Of a stretch of 41,427 nt of DNA, positions 16,385 to 27,451 are shown in pieces (within the stretch, counting starts at the first letter, position 1; each line of letters opens with the position of its first letter). Made by a program: the position numbers and the translations under genes. The notes beneath the pieces are model-generated. The model saw nothing but the letters and a program-made list of their open reading frames with translations. It was not told the DNA's origin and made no database searches. This DNA is from an uncultured Saprospiraceae bacterium (GTDB lineage: Bacteria; Bacteroidota; Bacteroidia; Chitinophagales; Saprospiraceae), in the NCBI GenBank assembly GCA_964467425.1, contig CAYXQH010000001.1, positions 1 through 41,427 on the forward strand. The letters run 5' to 3'.

Positions 16385-17527
16385 TTGACTTACTATATCC
16401 TCACCGTTCTTCTTAGCCTGGCTTATGTCTGGATTATGTGGCGGTATATTCACCACTGGCAAAGGCTTACGGTTTGGGAGACACCAGAAGATTTTACACC
16501 TTCCACTAAAGTGTCAGTGATTATACCTGTAAGAAACGAAGCTGAAAATATTGAAGCTTGTATTCAATCAATTCTTAAAACGCCTTACCCTAATAATTTT
16601 CTAGAAGTGATAGTGGTGGATGACCACTCCAATGATGATACACTTAAGTTACTGAAAAGTATAAACGATGCTCGTTTAATAATTCTCCAGTTATCAGACT
16701 TTATAAAAAAGGATCAAACACAATCGTATAAAAAGAAAGCGATTGAAATTGCGATTGAAAGATCGAAAGGGGATTTGATTTTGACGACCGATGGCGATTG
16801 CATTGTACCGGATCATTGGGTAGAGCGAATAGTTCATTTTTATGAAAAGAATGATGTTAAATTTATCGCAGCGCCCGTTAATTTTTATAATGAAAAAAGC
16901 CTTTTAGAATATTTTCAATCGATTGATTTTACAGGAATGATGGCGATTACAGGAGCGGGAATTCAGGGTAGTTTTATGAATATGTGTAATGGTGCTAATC
17001 TGGCTTATGATAAAAAAGCATTTTATGCAGTAAATGGATTTGAGGGAATTAACCATATTGCATCAGGAGACGACATGTTGTTAATGCAAAAAATTGCCAA
17101 ACAGTTTCCTGGAAAAATTGGATATCTAAAAAATGTAAATGCAACGGTTCGAACAAAAGCACAAGAAAACTGGAATGCTTTTTATAATCAACGTATACGC
17201 TGGGCTTCAAAGTCTTCGGATTATAAAGAATGGCAGGTAACAATGATGCTTGGAACCGTTTGGTTGTTTTGTATAAATATTTTTGTCTCCTTGTTTGCAC
17301 TCTTTTTTCTTGGCTTGGCAGGACTTAGCCTGGTGTTTGGTCAGCTATTGTTAAAATCTTGCGTAGATTACGCTTTATTAAGTCGAACAACCAAGTTCTT
17401 CCGAAGACCAGATTTAATGAACTATTTTCTGCCTGCTCAATTCTTGCATATTTTTTATATTGCTTCTGTTGGCTTGCTTTCCATTTTTGTAAAAAAATAT
17501 AATTGGAAGGGGAGGACGACTAAGTAA
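16385..17527 (+). CDS. Family-2 glycosyltransferase, processive-type (membrane-embedded)
   Basis: N-terminal TM helix, VVDDHSNDDT, TDGDC (DxD), the QRIRW (QxxRW) motif and C-terminal TM helices. The track start is TTG 16385; the first ATG is 16436. Confidence 0.8.
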   Translation: MTYYILTVLLSLAYVWIMWRYIHHWQRLTVWETPEDFTPSTKVSVIIPVRNEAENIEACIQSILKTPYPNNFLEVIVVDDHSNDDTLKLLKSINDARLIILQLSDFIKKDQTQSYKKKAIEIAIERSKGDLILTTDGDCIVPDHWVERIVHFYEKNDVKFIAAPVNFYNEKSLLEYFQSIDFTGMMAITGAGIQGSFMNMCNGANLAYDKKAFYAVNGFEGINHIASGDDMLLMQKIAKQFPGKIGYLKNVNATVRTKAQENWNAFYNQRIRWASKSSDYKEWQVTMMLGTVWLFCINIFVSLFALFFLGLAGLSLVFGQLLLKSCVDYALLSRTTKFFRRPDLMNYFLPAQFLHIFYIASVGLLSIFVKKYNWKGRTTK

Positions 17528-17533
17528 GGTAAT

Positions 17534-17546
17534 CAGGTAGACAGGT
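17534..17546 (+). repeat. 13-mer CAGGTAGACAGGT, copy 2 (6 nt after the GT2 stop codon)
   Basis: Exact identity with 5719-5731. The flanking sequence is unrelated. Confidence 0.6.
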
Positions 17547-17612
17547 TCGGCGAGCTGAATAATATAAAAGGATGGATGGGAATAATTTATTGCTAATTTT
17601 TAGAATAAAAGA

Positions 17613-19382
17613 ATGAAGGCTTATAATCTACAAGTCGCACTTCAAAATCCGGATCAAACAACTACCTTGTTTATCCATAATCGAAATTTAACGGAAATTC
17701 CGGAAGCGGTATTTGGATTAAAAAACCTAAAAGCATTAACCCTGTCCGGTAATAAAATAAAGAACATATCTGCACGAATCAATACACTTAAGCATTTAGA
17801 ATATGTTGACCTGAGCAATAATTTAATAGAGGCTTTCCCAAAGTATTTATGTACGATTAAAGGGTTGAAAAAACTAAATTTAAAAGGTAATAAACTAAAG
17901 GAAATACCCGCTGAAATTACTCACTTAGATGCCTTAGAAGAATTAGATCTTTCAGATAATCTTCTAACCAGGCTTCCTGATTTTATTTATGATTTAAAAA
18001 ACTTAAGAAGTCTAAATCTGTCTAGCAATAGCTTATCAAAACTTTCCGAAAAAATCCAGCAATGGCTTATGCTGGAAAAGCTTGATCTATCTAAAAATGA
18101 AATAGTCAGCTTGCCAAATGAACTTTCAAGATGTGAAAAAATACGTGATTTGGATTTAAGTGAGAACAAGATAAAAAGCTTACCAGTGAATTTTTCGAGT
18201 CTAAATGAATTAGGAAAACTCGATCTTCATAAAAACAAAATCCAGGATCTTTCAGATGATTTGCAGCATTTAACCTGGCTGCGGGAATTGGATTTAAGTC
18301 AAAATAAACTGCAAGTGCTGCCAGCATCCATTGGAAAATTAAGCTGGTTGTTTCGGTTAAATCTAAGGAAAAACAAGTTGATTGCGCTTCCTGAAACGAT
18401 CGGCCAGCTTTCGAAACTGCAAGTGCTAAATTTGGAATATAACTCTTTAAAGACCTTTCCGGAATCTATGGGAAAGATGTCAGGGCTGAACCAGTTATTG
18501 TTAAAAGGGAATAAGATAGAAACCGAGCAATTGTTGCTGTTTCAATTCAAAAAATTAAAGTCGATTTCAGGGTTAACGACCGTTTTTAAGTCGAAAGAGA
18601 AGCGACAGTTTTTGACTTTTTTAAAACAATGTAGGCAAAAGAAAATATCTGAATCGCTTGCCTTGGATTTTTATTATTTGTTATATACAGAGAAAAAAAG
18701 TTCAAAATCTATATTAATAGAAGCAATTGATTTTCCTAACAAGATAGTTAGAGTAAAGGCGTTAGATCAAATTTATAAATACCATAATTCTGCAAAATTA
18801 TTGACTCAAGATAGCGTCGTAGCTATTGTTGGACAGACTAATTTGTCTAAAAAAGAAGTCACTGCCAAGGCAAAAGAAATGGGGTTTTCATATAAAAATA
18901 AATTAGAGGAGCAAGTAACCCATATCGTTTTAGGAGCATTCCCAAAGCAAAAAGAGTTTTTGAAAAAGTTTAAGGGAACCTTTCTAAAGGAACAAGACCT
19001 ATTTCAGTTTATTCAAAAAGATGCTATAAAAAAGAAGGCCTCTTTTTCTACTCAGGCTATTGAAAACCTACAGCGTTTTTTGTTGAGTAAAGAAGAACAG
19101 CATGTTAATGTTGGAATTCAGATTTTAAAAACGAATGGCGTACCTCAAGAAGTGATAAGCGATTTGTTTATCGCCTATAAAAAAGCGAAAAAAGCAAGTC
19201 AAAAAAAGCAGATACGAACCTTGCTTGAGTTGAATGGATCTGATCGTTTGCGAGAAAAATTATCCTTGAGATTAGGGCTTAACGAAAATGTGAAAGAGGA
19301 AGTGTTGTTAAAAAATATAGCTGCGTTTGTGAAAGGAACGGAGTTGGATGAAGCTCGAATCATTCAATATTTTCAAACCTAA
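17613..19382 (+). CDS. Leucine-rich-repeat protein with a C-terminal BRCT-like module; no signal peptide
   Basis: Residues ~20-300 form about 12 tandem 23-residue LxxLxLxxNxLxxLP repeats (LKALTLSGNKIKNI, LEELDLSDNLLTRLP, LRELDLSQNKLQVLP...). Around 18810-19020, VVAIVGQTNLSKKEVTAKAKEMGFSYKNKLEEQVTHIVLGAFPKQKEFLKKFKGTFLKEQDLFQFI follows the BRCT pattern of ligase-type C-termini. Confidence 0.75.
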   Translation: MKAYNLQVALQNPDQTTTLFIHNRNLTEIPEAVFGLKNLKALTLSGNKIKNISARINTLKHLEYVDLSNNLIEAFPKYLCTIKGLKKLNLKGNKLKEIPAEITHLDALEELDLSDNLLTRLPDFIYDLKNLRSLNLSSNSLSKLSEKIQQWLMLEKLDLSKNEIVSLPNELSRCEKIRDLDLSENKIKSLPVNFSSLNELGKLDLHKNKIQDLSDDLQHLTWLRELDLSQNKLQVLPASIGKLSWLFRLNLRKNKLIALPETIGQLSKLQVLNLEYNSLKTFPESMGKMSGLNQLLLKGNKIETEQLLLFQFKKLKSISGLTTVFKSKEKRQFLTFLKQCRQKKISESLALDFYYLLYTEKKSSKSILIEAIDFPNKIVRVKALDQIYKYHNSAKLLTQDSVVAIVGQTNLSKKEVTAKAKEMGFSYKNKLEEQVTHIVLGAFPKQKEFLKKFKGTFLKEQDLFQFIQKDAIKKKASFSTQAIENLQRFLLSKEEQHVNVGIQILKTNGVPQEVISDLFIAYKKAKKASQKKQIRTLLELNGSDRLREKLSLRLGLNENVKEEVLLKNIAAFVKGTELDEARIIQYFQT

Positions 19383-19387
19383 AACAA

Positions 19388-19420
19388 AATTGTCCTACCA
19401 TTATAAATGATAGGACAATT
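19388..19420. terminator. Bidirectional hairpin between the convergent LRR gene and gyrB
   Basis: AATTGTCCTACCA (19388-19400) pairs with TGATAGGACAATT (19408-19420) at 12 of 13 positions. The flanks are A/T-rich on both sides. Confidence 0.6.
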
Positions 19421-19443
19421 ATAAAGACAATAGCGTCTATTTC

Positions 19444-21483
<2,040 letters not shown>

Positions 21484-21677
21484 TCAAAAGTTTTCCACAT
21501 TTTTTGAGGTGTGCTCCGCATTCTATATAGATATAACGAATTTTTAAGGGAAATGATACTTATTTTGTTGATTTTCAATACTTTTTGAAATAAAAAAGAT
21601 ATATTATTTTAATCCTTTTTTTCTTTATTTTTACAAAAAAATGAGATTGTCAGGCAATAAAAATTAGTATCTGAATC

Positions 21678-24605
21678 ATGAAGCTTTTTAATAAGGTTCA
21701 AGAATGGTTTTTAAAAAGGTATTTTCTCCTTTTTTGTTTGCTTTTACAAGGTAATTTTAACCTTGTGAATGGCCAAACTTTTGCATTTCAACACATTACT
21801 GAAAAAGAAGGCTTACCCTCCACTTATTTATACGGAATTCTACAAGATGAAAATGGCTACATTTGGTTGACAGGAGAATCTGGATTGGTCTGGTTCGATG
21901 GTCATGAATATCATGTACCAGATTTTCAAGATGATTTAGAAGATGAAGTTATCAAGTTGATAAAAGGAAATGGAAATCAATTTTGGATGCAGGATTTAGC
22001 AGGTCGATTCTTTTTTTTGGAAAACAATAAAGCGAGGTATTTTCCAGAAATCAAACCTACCACATTATATGAATATACGACGTTTTATAAACAACCGAAT
22101 GGAGACATATGGATCGCTAATACAGACGATGTTTATATTTATAAAACTGAAACGGATTCGATTATTCCGCTTCAGGTTGATTTGACAAATGAGTTAGGTA
22201 AGCATACTAATTTAACCTCCTTAAAAGCGTTTGGTCAAAATGAAAATGCAGAGGTTGTTTTAATTACCCGTTTTGGTTATCATGTATTTTCAGGCGATAA
22301 TTATCAGAATAAATTCCAAGCCTTCGAAGACCTTGATTTTTATAATGAATTTGAGAGAGGAATGACCATCGATAATAAACCTTACATGGTTTATAAAAAT
22401 CAATTCTATACCCTCAATTCAGAGACGAAGCGATTGGAACCTGTTTATACTCAATTTAATGAATACTTCGAAGGAGGAGTTGTTAGTGCTTTTAGAGATT
22501 CGAACAACAACCTTTGGATAGGAACCAAAAAGGGGCTTTTATTAATCGAAGAAAAAAAAGGGGAGGCCCCTAAAATTTCAAAACATCTTGACGGTAATGT
22601 AATGGGAGGGATTTTGGAAGATACGGAAGGAAGTCTTTGGTTTATTACAGGAAATAATGGAATTTTTAGACTTCCCTCTACACATGTTAAAGTGTTCAAT
22701 GATTTTGGGACGGAAGAACAAATTCGATTTATTAAACATAACAACAATGAACAACTAATATTGGGTTTTGATAATAATGAGTTTATAGTCTTAGATGATT
22801 CGTTTGACAAAATTTATGGGAGTAAGTTATTAAAAGATAATAGCAGGGTTTACGATTTAGTTTTTGACGAAGATGATACGCAATATTTTCTAACCTCGAC
22901 GGGTTTTGTTCAGGCAGATGAAAATTTTAAAACTAAAAAATTCCATCCCACCTTTTCTATTAAAGCCGGAGCTATCGCACCAGATGGAAAGCTTTGGCTT
23001 TCCTGTGGAACTGCTATACGCTATTTCGAAAAAGGAGAACATGAAAAAATAGGAACAGCACTCAAAAAAAGATCTTATAGCTTAAAAGTTATTTCAGAAA
23101 ATGAAATTTGGTTTGGAACTATTGAAGGGCCGTATTTATACAAAAACGGACGTTGTCAAAAATTGCCGAACGAAAATCTTCAATATGATATTCGGGATAT
23201 TGAAATGTTGGAAAATGGACTATTATTATTTGCTACTCAAAAAAATGGCCTTGTCTTTTATGAACCGTCACAAGACTCTATTGTCCTACATCTGAAAGAA
23301 TCTAACGGTTTATCTAACAACAACTGTAGTAAAATGCTGATTGATGATCAATACATTTGGCTAGGGACTAAAAAAGGGGTTAATAAAATCTCGAAAAGTG
23401 ATTATTCTCTATCGTTTATTGGAATAGACCAGGGGCTGCCGTCAAATGAGATCAATGATATTTATAAAAAGAAGGACCAATTTTATATTGCTACTAATCG
23501 TGGAATGGCTGTTTTTAAGGATGACATTAGTGTAAAACGAACAGCTCCGGGTTTATTGATAACGAATATTAAAATTGATGAACGGGATACCACCATTCAC
23601 GAAAGTTATTGTCTGGATTATTCAAACAATAATATCAAAATAGAATTTGGCTCTATCACGTTTAAAGACGCAGATCAGGCAATCTATCAATATAAAATGG
23701 AGGGACTTGATGATAATTGGATAGAAAGTAAAATAAATATTGCACAGTATCCTTCCTTGCCAGCTGGAGATTATACTTTTTTTGTAAAAGCTAAAACGAT
23801 TAATTCTGAATGGTGCCCAATGCAATCATTAAAATTTGAAATAAAAACACCTTTTTGGGATTCTTGGTGGTTTTATGTTTTGAGCGGAATTGGATTGGTC
23901 TTCCTCTCCTTTTTAATATTTCAGGAAATGAATAGACGTAGAACGGTGGTTCGTGACTTGAAGTTTTCTCAATTGACTGCTTTGCGAGCGCAAATGAATC
24001 CGCATTTTGTATTTAATGCCTTAAATTCAATTCAAGAGTTTATTGTTGAAAAAGACACACGATTAGCCAATCGTTATCTCAGTCGCTTCGCCAAATTAAT
24101 GCGAAATATTTTGAATGCTTCTGATCAAAATCAGATTTCATTGAACAAAGAAATTGAAACCTTAAACTTGTATCTAAGCTTAGAAGCACTACGATTTGGA
24201 AAATCCTTTGAATATATTTTTGAAGTAGATGAAAAAATTGATAAAGATATTATCCATCTTCCTCCAATGTTAATTCAGCCTTTTGTTGAGAATTCTATTA
24301 AGCATGGATTAATGCATCGGAAAGGAGAAAAAAAATTATATCTTAGATTTTATTTGAAAAATAATCTACTGGTCTGTGAAGTTGAAGATAATGGAATAGG
24401 ACGTGAAAAGTCTTCAGAGATTAAAATGAAAAATCCTAATATCTATCCATCAAAAGCTACCAATCTTACTAATGAACGTTTAAAATTAGTGAATTCTATT
24501 TCGAACAATTCATTAGAAGTTGAGGTTATAGATTTGGTTCATGGAAACGACCCCAGTGGAACAAAAGTTATTCTGAAAATAAATGCAGATTTTAAAGGTG
24601 GGTAA
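21678..24605 (+). CDS. Sensor histidine kinase: beta-propeller repeats + Y_Y_Y domain + TM + LytS/YehU-type kinase core
   Basis: 975 aa. Signal/TM at the N-terminus. Repeated two-component-regulator-propeller-like segments (GLPSTYLYGILQDENGYIWLTG, NNLWIGTKKGLL, GSLWFITGNNGIF...). One TM helix (WWFYVLSGIGLVFLSFLIF). Then LRAQMNPHFVFNALNSIQ (His_kinase PF06580-type) and an HATPase region, LIQPFVENSIKHG ... DNGIG. Confidence 0.85.
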   Translation: MKLFNKVQEWFLKRYFLLFCLLLQGNFNLVNGQTFAFQHITEKEGLPSTYLYGILQDENGYIWLTGESGLVWFDGHEYHVPDFQDDLEDEVIKLIKGNGNQFWMQDLAGRFFFLENNKARYFPEIKPTTLYEYTTFYKQPNGDIWIANTDDVYIYKTETDSIIPLQVDLTNELGKHTNLTSLKAFGQNENAEVVLITRFGYHVFSGDNYQNKFQAFEDLDFYNEFERGMTIDNKPYMVYKNQFYTLNSETKRLEPVYTQFNEYFEGGVVSAFRDSNNNLWIGTKKGLLLIEEKKGEAPKISKHLDGNVMGGILEDTEGSLWFITGNNGIFRLPSTHVKVFNDFGTEEQIRFIKHNNNEQLILGFDNNEFIVLDDSFDKIYGSKLLKDNSRVYDLVFDEDDTQYFLTSTGFVQADENFKTKKFHPTFSIKAGAIAPDGKLWLSCGTAIRYFEKGEHEKIGTALKKRSYSLKVISENEIWFGTIEGPYLYKNGRCQKLPNENLQYDIRDIEMLENGLLLFATQKNGLVFYEPSQDSIVLHLKESNGLSNNNCSKMLIDDQYIWLGTKKGVNKISKSDYSLSFIGIDQGLPSNEINDIYKKKDQFYIATNRGMAVFKDDISVKRTAPGLLITNIKIDERDTTIHESYCLDYSNNNIKIEFGSITFKDADQAIYQYKMEGLDDNWIESKINIAQYPSLPAGDYTFFVKAKTINSEWCPMQSLKFEIKTPFWDSWWFYVLSGIGLVFLSFLIFQEMNRRRTVVRDLKFSQLTALRAQMNPHFVFNALNSIQEFIVEKDTRLANRYLSRFAKLMRNILNASDQNQISLNKEIETLNLYLSLEALRFGKSFEYIFEVDEKIDKDIIHLPPMLIQPFVENSIKHGLMHRKGEKKLYLRFYLKNNLLVCEVEDNGIGREKSSEIKMKNPNIYPSKATNLTNERLKLVNSISNNSLEVEVIDLVHGNDPSGTKVILKINADFKGG

Positions 24606-24708
24606 ATAACAAGGAGTTAACTCCCGAATTATTAAACCAAAAGAGGGATTTTATTCCTGCCTTTAAAAGCATTTGATTAATACTTATAAAGCGTGACAAA
24701 GCTAAAAC

Positions 24709-25479
24709 ATGACAAAGCAACAATTAAAAGTAGTTCTCATTGATGATGAGGAGCGAAGTCGGACAATCCTTCAGAAAATGATTGAGGATTATATCGAAAA
24801 CGCAACGGTTATGGCAACAGGAGGAGATGTTTTAGAAGGGATTAAAATCATCCAGCAACATCAGCCTGATGTCGTTTTTTTAGATATTGAAATGCCCAAT
24901 TATTCTGGCTTTAAACTAGTGGAGCATTTCAATGAGTTGCATCCAGAAGGGGAAAGGAGTTTTGAAATAGTATTTACAACAGCCTACGAAAAATATGCGG
25001 TTAAAGCGTATAAAGCTGCAGCCTTTGGCTATCTTCTCAAACCAATTGATATAGATGATCTGATTGACGTTTTTGAAAAGATTTCGAAGAGAAAAGAATC
25101 GGAAGTTGCCTCTGAAAAGGCTAGGGATTCAAACTTGGAAAAAGGTAAACAAAGAGTTATCTTTCCAACACAGAGTGGCATCATTTATTTAACCGCGGAA
25201 GAAATAAGCTGCCTCGAATCCTCGAATAGATATACAGATATTTATTTGACAAATAATGAAAAACTATTAACGACACTGAGCCTCAAAGACTGTTTTGAGA
25301 AACTCGAACATTCAACCTTTATCCGCATTCATCGATCTTATATTATCAACCTCTCACACATTCAAAAATACTCGCGAGGAAGAGATAGCTATGTGATTTT
25401 AGATAATGGTAGAAAGATTGATGTTGGACTTTATTATAAAGAAGATCTTAATTCGGCGATTGCTTCTTTTTTGAAATAA
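24709..25479 (+). CDS. LytTR-family response regulator
   Basis: Receiver domain (VVLIDDEE, phospho-Asp context VVFLDIEMP, T in FTTAY, K in LLKP) plus a LytTR DNA-binding domain (FIRIHRSYIINLSHI). Confidence 0.9.
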   Translation: MTKQQLKVVLIDDEERSRTILQKMIEDYIENATVMATGGDVLEGIKIIQQHQPDVVFLDIEMPNYSGFKLVEHFNELHPEGERSFEIVFTTAYEKYAVKAYKAAAFGYLLKPIDIDDLIDVFEKISKRKESEVASEKARDSNLEKGKQRVIFPTQSGIIYLTAEEISCLESSNRYTDIYLTNNEKLLTTLSLKDCFEKLEHSTFIRIHRSYIINLSHIQKYSRGRDSYVILDNGRKIDVGLYYKEDLNSAIASFLK

Positions 25480-25544
25480 GAGTAGAACAGGTTTTTTGCT
25501 GCCAAGATATATTAGCCTGTTCCCTAAAACGCACAAGAAATTAA

Positions 25545-25982
25545 ATGGATTTAATAATTAATGGATTAGAAGACCTTGAAGCAGCCGCAGAAAAATTGAT
25601 TGCTTTTGCTGGGGATCGTAAAAAATGGCTCTTTATTGGAGAAATTGGTGCTGGCAAAACGACGTTTATTCAGACTATTTGCCGAAAAATGGGCGTAACT
25701 GAAAAAGTAACAAGCCCGACTTTTTCGTTAATCAATGAATATTCAATATCCGATAATAATACCCTATATCATATTGATTTGTATCGTCTAAAAAGCCTTA
25801 ATGAGGCTATAGACATAGGAATAGAGGATTATTTGTACGATGAAAATTTTTGCTTTATTGAATGGCCGCAGTTGATTCGCCCGATTTTACCAGAAAAAGC
25901 AGTAGAAATAAAGCTCGAAATAATCGAAAATTCAAAAAGAAAAAGTATATTTTTGTATGTTGACAAGAATATTGAAACGTAG
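25545..25982 (+). CDS. tsaE: tRNA t6A37 threonylcarbamoyl-transfer complex ATPase subunit TsaE
   Basis: 145 aa. P-loop GEIGAGKTTFIQ, SPTFSLINEY, HIDLYRL and IEWP are typical TsaE/YjeE signatures. Confidence 0.85.
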   Translation: MDLIINGLEDLEAAAEKLIAFAGDRKKWLFIGEIGAGKTTFIQTICRKMGVTEKVTSPTFSLINEYSISDNNTLYHIDLYRLKSLNEAIDIGIEDYLYDENFCFIEWPQLIRPILPEKAVEIKLEIIENSKRKSIFLYVDKNIET

Positions 25983-26038
25983 ACAAAAAAGCAACGTATT
26001 CATTTTGTTGTTGATCGCTGACTACAAAGCCTGATCGT

Positions 26039-27271
26039 ATGAGTGAAAAGCAGAAGAAACGTATTCCAATTCCTAAAATTTTTACAGAAGGGCGATTTCA
26101 AACCCAAACTGAAATGCTGCAGTTGCAGCGTAAACCGAATAATCTCTTCATTGGAATTCCTAGGGAAATTACTTTGCAGGAAAATCGAGTAGCCTTAGTA
26201 CCTGCTTCGGTTGCTTCGCTTATTAGTCATGGTCATAGAGTCGTCGTTGAAAAAGATGCTGGTAAAAATGCGAATTATTCCGACAACGATTATTCAGAAG
26301 TCGGTGCCGATATCGCTTATAGCCCAGAGCAGGTTTACAAATCAGATATTATTCTGAAAGTTGCTCCACCAACAGTCGACGAACTTCAATATCTTAGACC
26401 TAATCAAATCCTCATTTCTCCACTTCAGATTCCAATTATTACCTCAGAATATATTAGCCAGCTCAAGCAAAAAAGAGTCATTGCTTTAGCAATGGAATAT
26501 ATCCGAGATGATATTGGAAGTTTTCCACTCGTTCGAATTATGAGTGAAATGGCTGGTCTGAGTGCTATGCTTACTGCTGCAGAATTATTATCGAATACCA
26601 GCGGTGGAAAAGGTGTTTTACTAGGAGGAATTTCCGGTGTGCCACCAGCGAAAGTATGTATACTTGGAGCAGGCGTGGTTGCAGAATTTGCTACCCGGAC
26701 AGCAATTGGACTCGGTGCGGAAATTCGGATTTTTGATAATGATATTTACAAACTCATGCGTCTCCAGCATTTAGTAGGGCGTCCACTCAATACTTCTTCA
26801 CTTAATCCAATGCAATTGGAGAAAGAATTAACGTCCACAGATATTGCTATCGGAGCAATCCATTCGCAAACCGGACGAACACCTATTCTTGTCGGAGAGG
26901 ATATTATTATGAAAATGAAACCAGGCTCGGTTATCATTGATGTCAGCATTGATCAAGGTGGATGCTTTGCAACATCCGAAGTGACTTCTCACGACAGACC
27001 TACTTTTATCAAACATGATGTGATCCACTATTGTGTGCCTAATATCGCATCACGTGTAGCTCGTACCGCTTCTATTGCTGTTAGTAATATTCTGACGCCG
27101 ATTCTTCTTAAAGCCGGATCTACAGGCAGTATCGAACGACTCATCAGCGTCAATTCCGGAATTCGCCATGGCGTTTATACCTACAAAGGTTGCCTCACCA
27201 ATGAGTATCTCAGTCAGCGTTTCAAAATCAAATACACCGATCTGGATTTATTAATTACCACTTCTTTCTAA
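26039..27271 (+). CDS. Alanine dehydrogenase / PNT-family NAD(H)-binding protein
   Basis: 410 aa. AlaDH/PNT N-terminal pattern IGIPREITLQENRVALVP and dinucleotide fold ILGAGVVAEFA ... IRIFD. Substrate is not assignable from sequence alone. Confidence 0.7.
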   Translation: MSEKQKKRIPIPKIFTEGRFQTQTEMLQLQRKPNNLFIGIPREITLQENRVALVPASVASLISHGHRVVVEKDAGKNANYSDNDYSEVGADIAYSPEQVYKSDIILKVAPPTVDELQYLRPNQILISPLQIPIITSEYISQLKQKRVIALAMEYIRDDIGSFPLVRIMSEMAGLSAMLTAAELLSNTSGGKGVLLGGISGVPPAKVCILGAGVVAEFATRTAIGLGAEIRIFDNDIYKLMRLQHLVGRPLNTSSLNPMQLEKELTSTDIAIGAIHSQTGRTPILVGEDIIMKMKPGSVIIDVSIDQGGCFATSEVTSHDRPTFIKHDVIHYCVPNIASRVARTASIAVSNILTPILLKAGSTGSIERLISVNSGIRHGVYTYKGCLTNEYLSQRFKIKYTDLDLLITTSF

Positions 27272-27306
27272 ATAAAATACTGCATTTTTCATTTCCAGGC
27301 TGTCAA

Positions 27307-27347
27307 AACTTACCATTCAGAACATAAAACCTACCGTTCAGAACATT
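27307..27347 (+). promoter_or_regulatory. Tandem 20-bp direct repeat upstream of the multicopper oxidase gene
   Basis: AACTTACCATTCAGAACATA (27307-27326) and AACCTACCGTTCAGAACATT (27328-27347) match at 17 of 20 positions with a 21-bp period, about 105 nt upstream of ATG 27452. Confidence 0.4.
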
Positions 27348-27451
27348 AGACTGCTAAAAATTGATTTTTATAGGGGTGTTTTTCACTTTTGTTGTCCAAA
27401 GGAGGTTATCGAAAATCCTTAACCGAGTAGATATAACTTAAAAAAAAACTT

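Noticed and set aside
21491-21499. DnaA box TTTTCCACA in the gyrB upstream region (possible oriC)
   Set aside because: I found only one consensus-like box in the 260-bp intergenic region. There is no box cluster, no dnaA/dnaN nearby and no clear AT-rich unwinding repeats beyond the general AT-richness.
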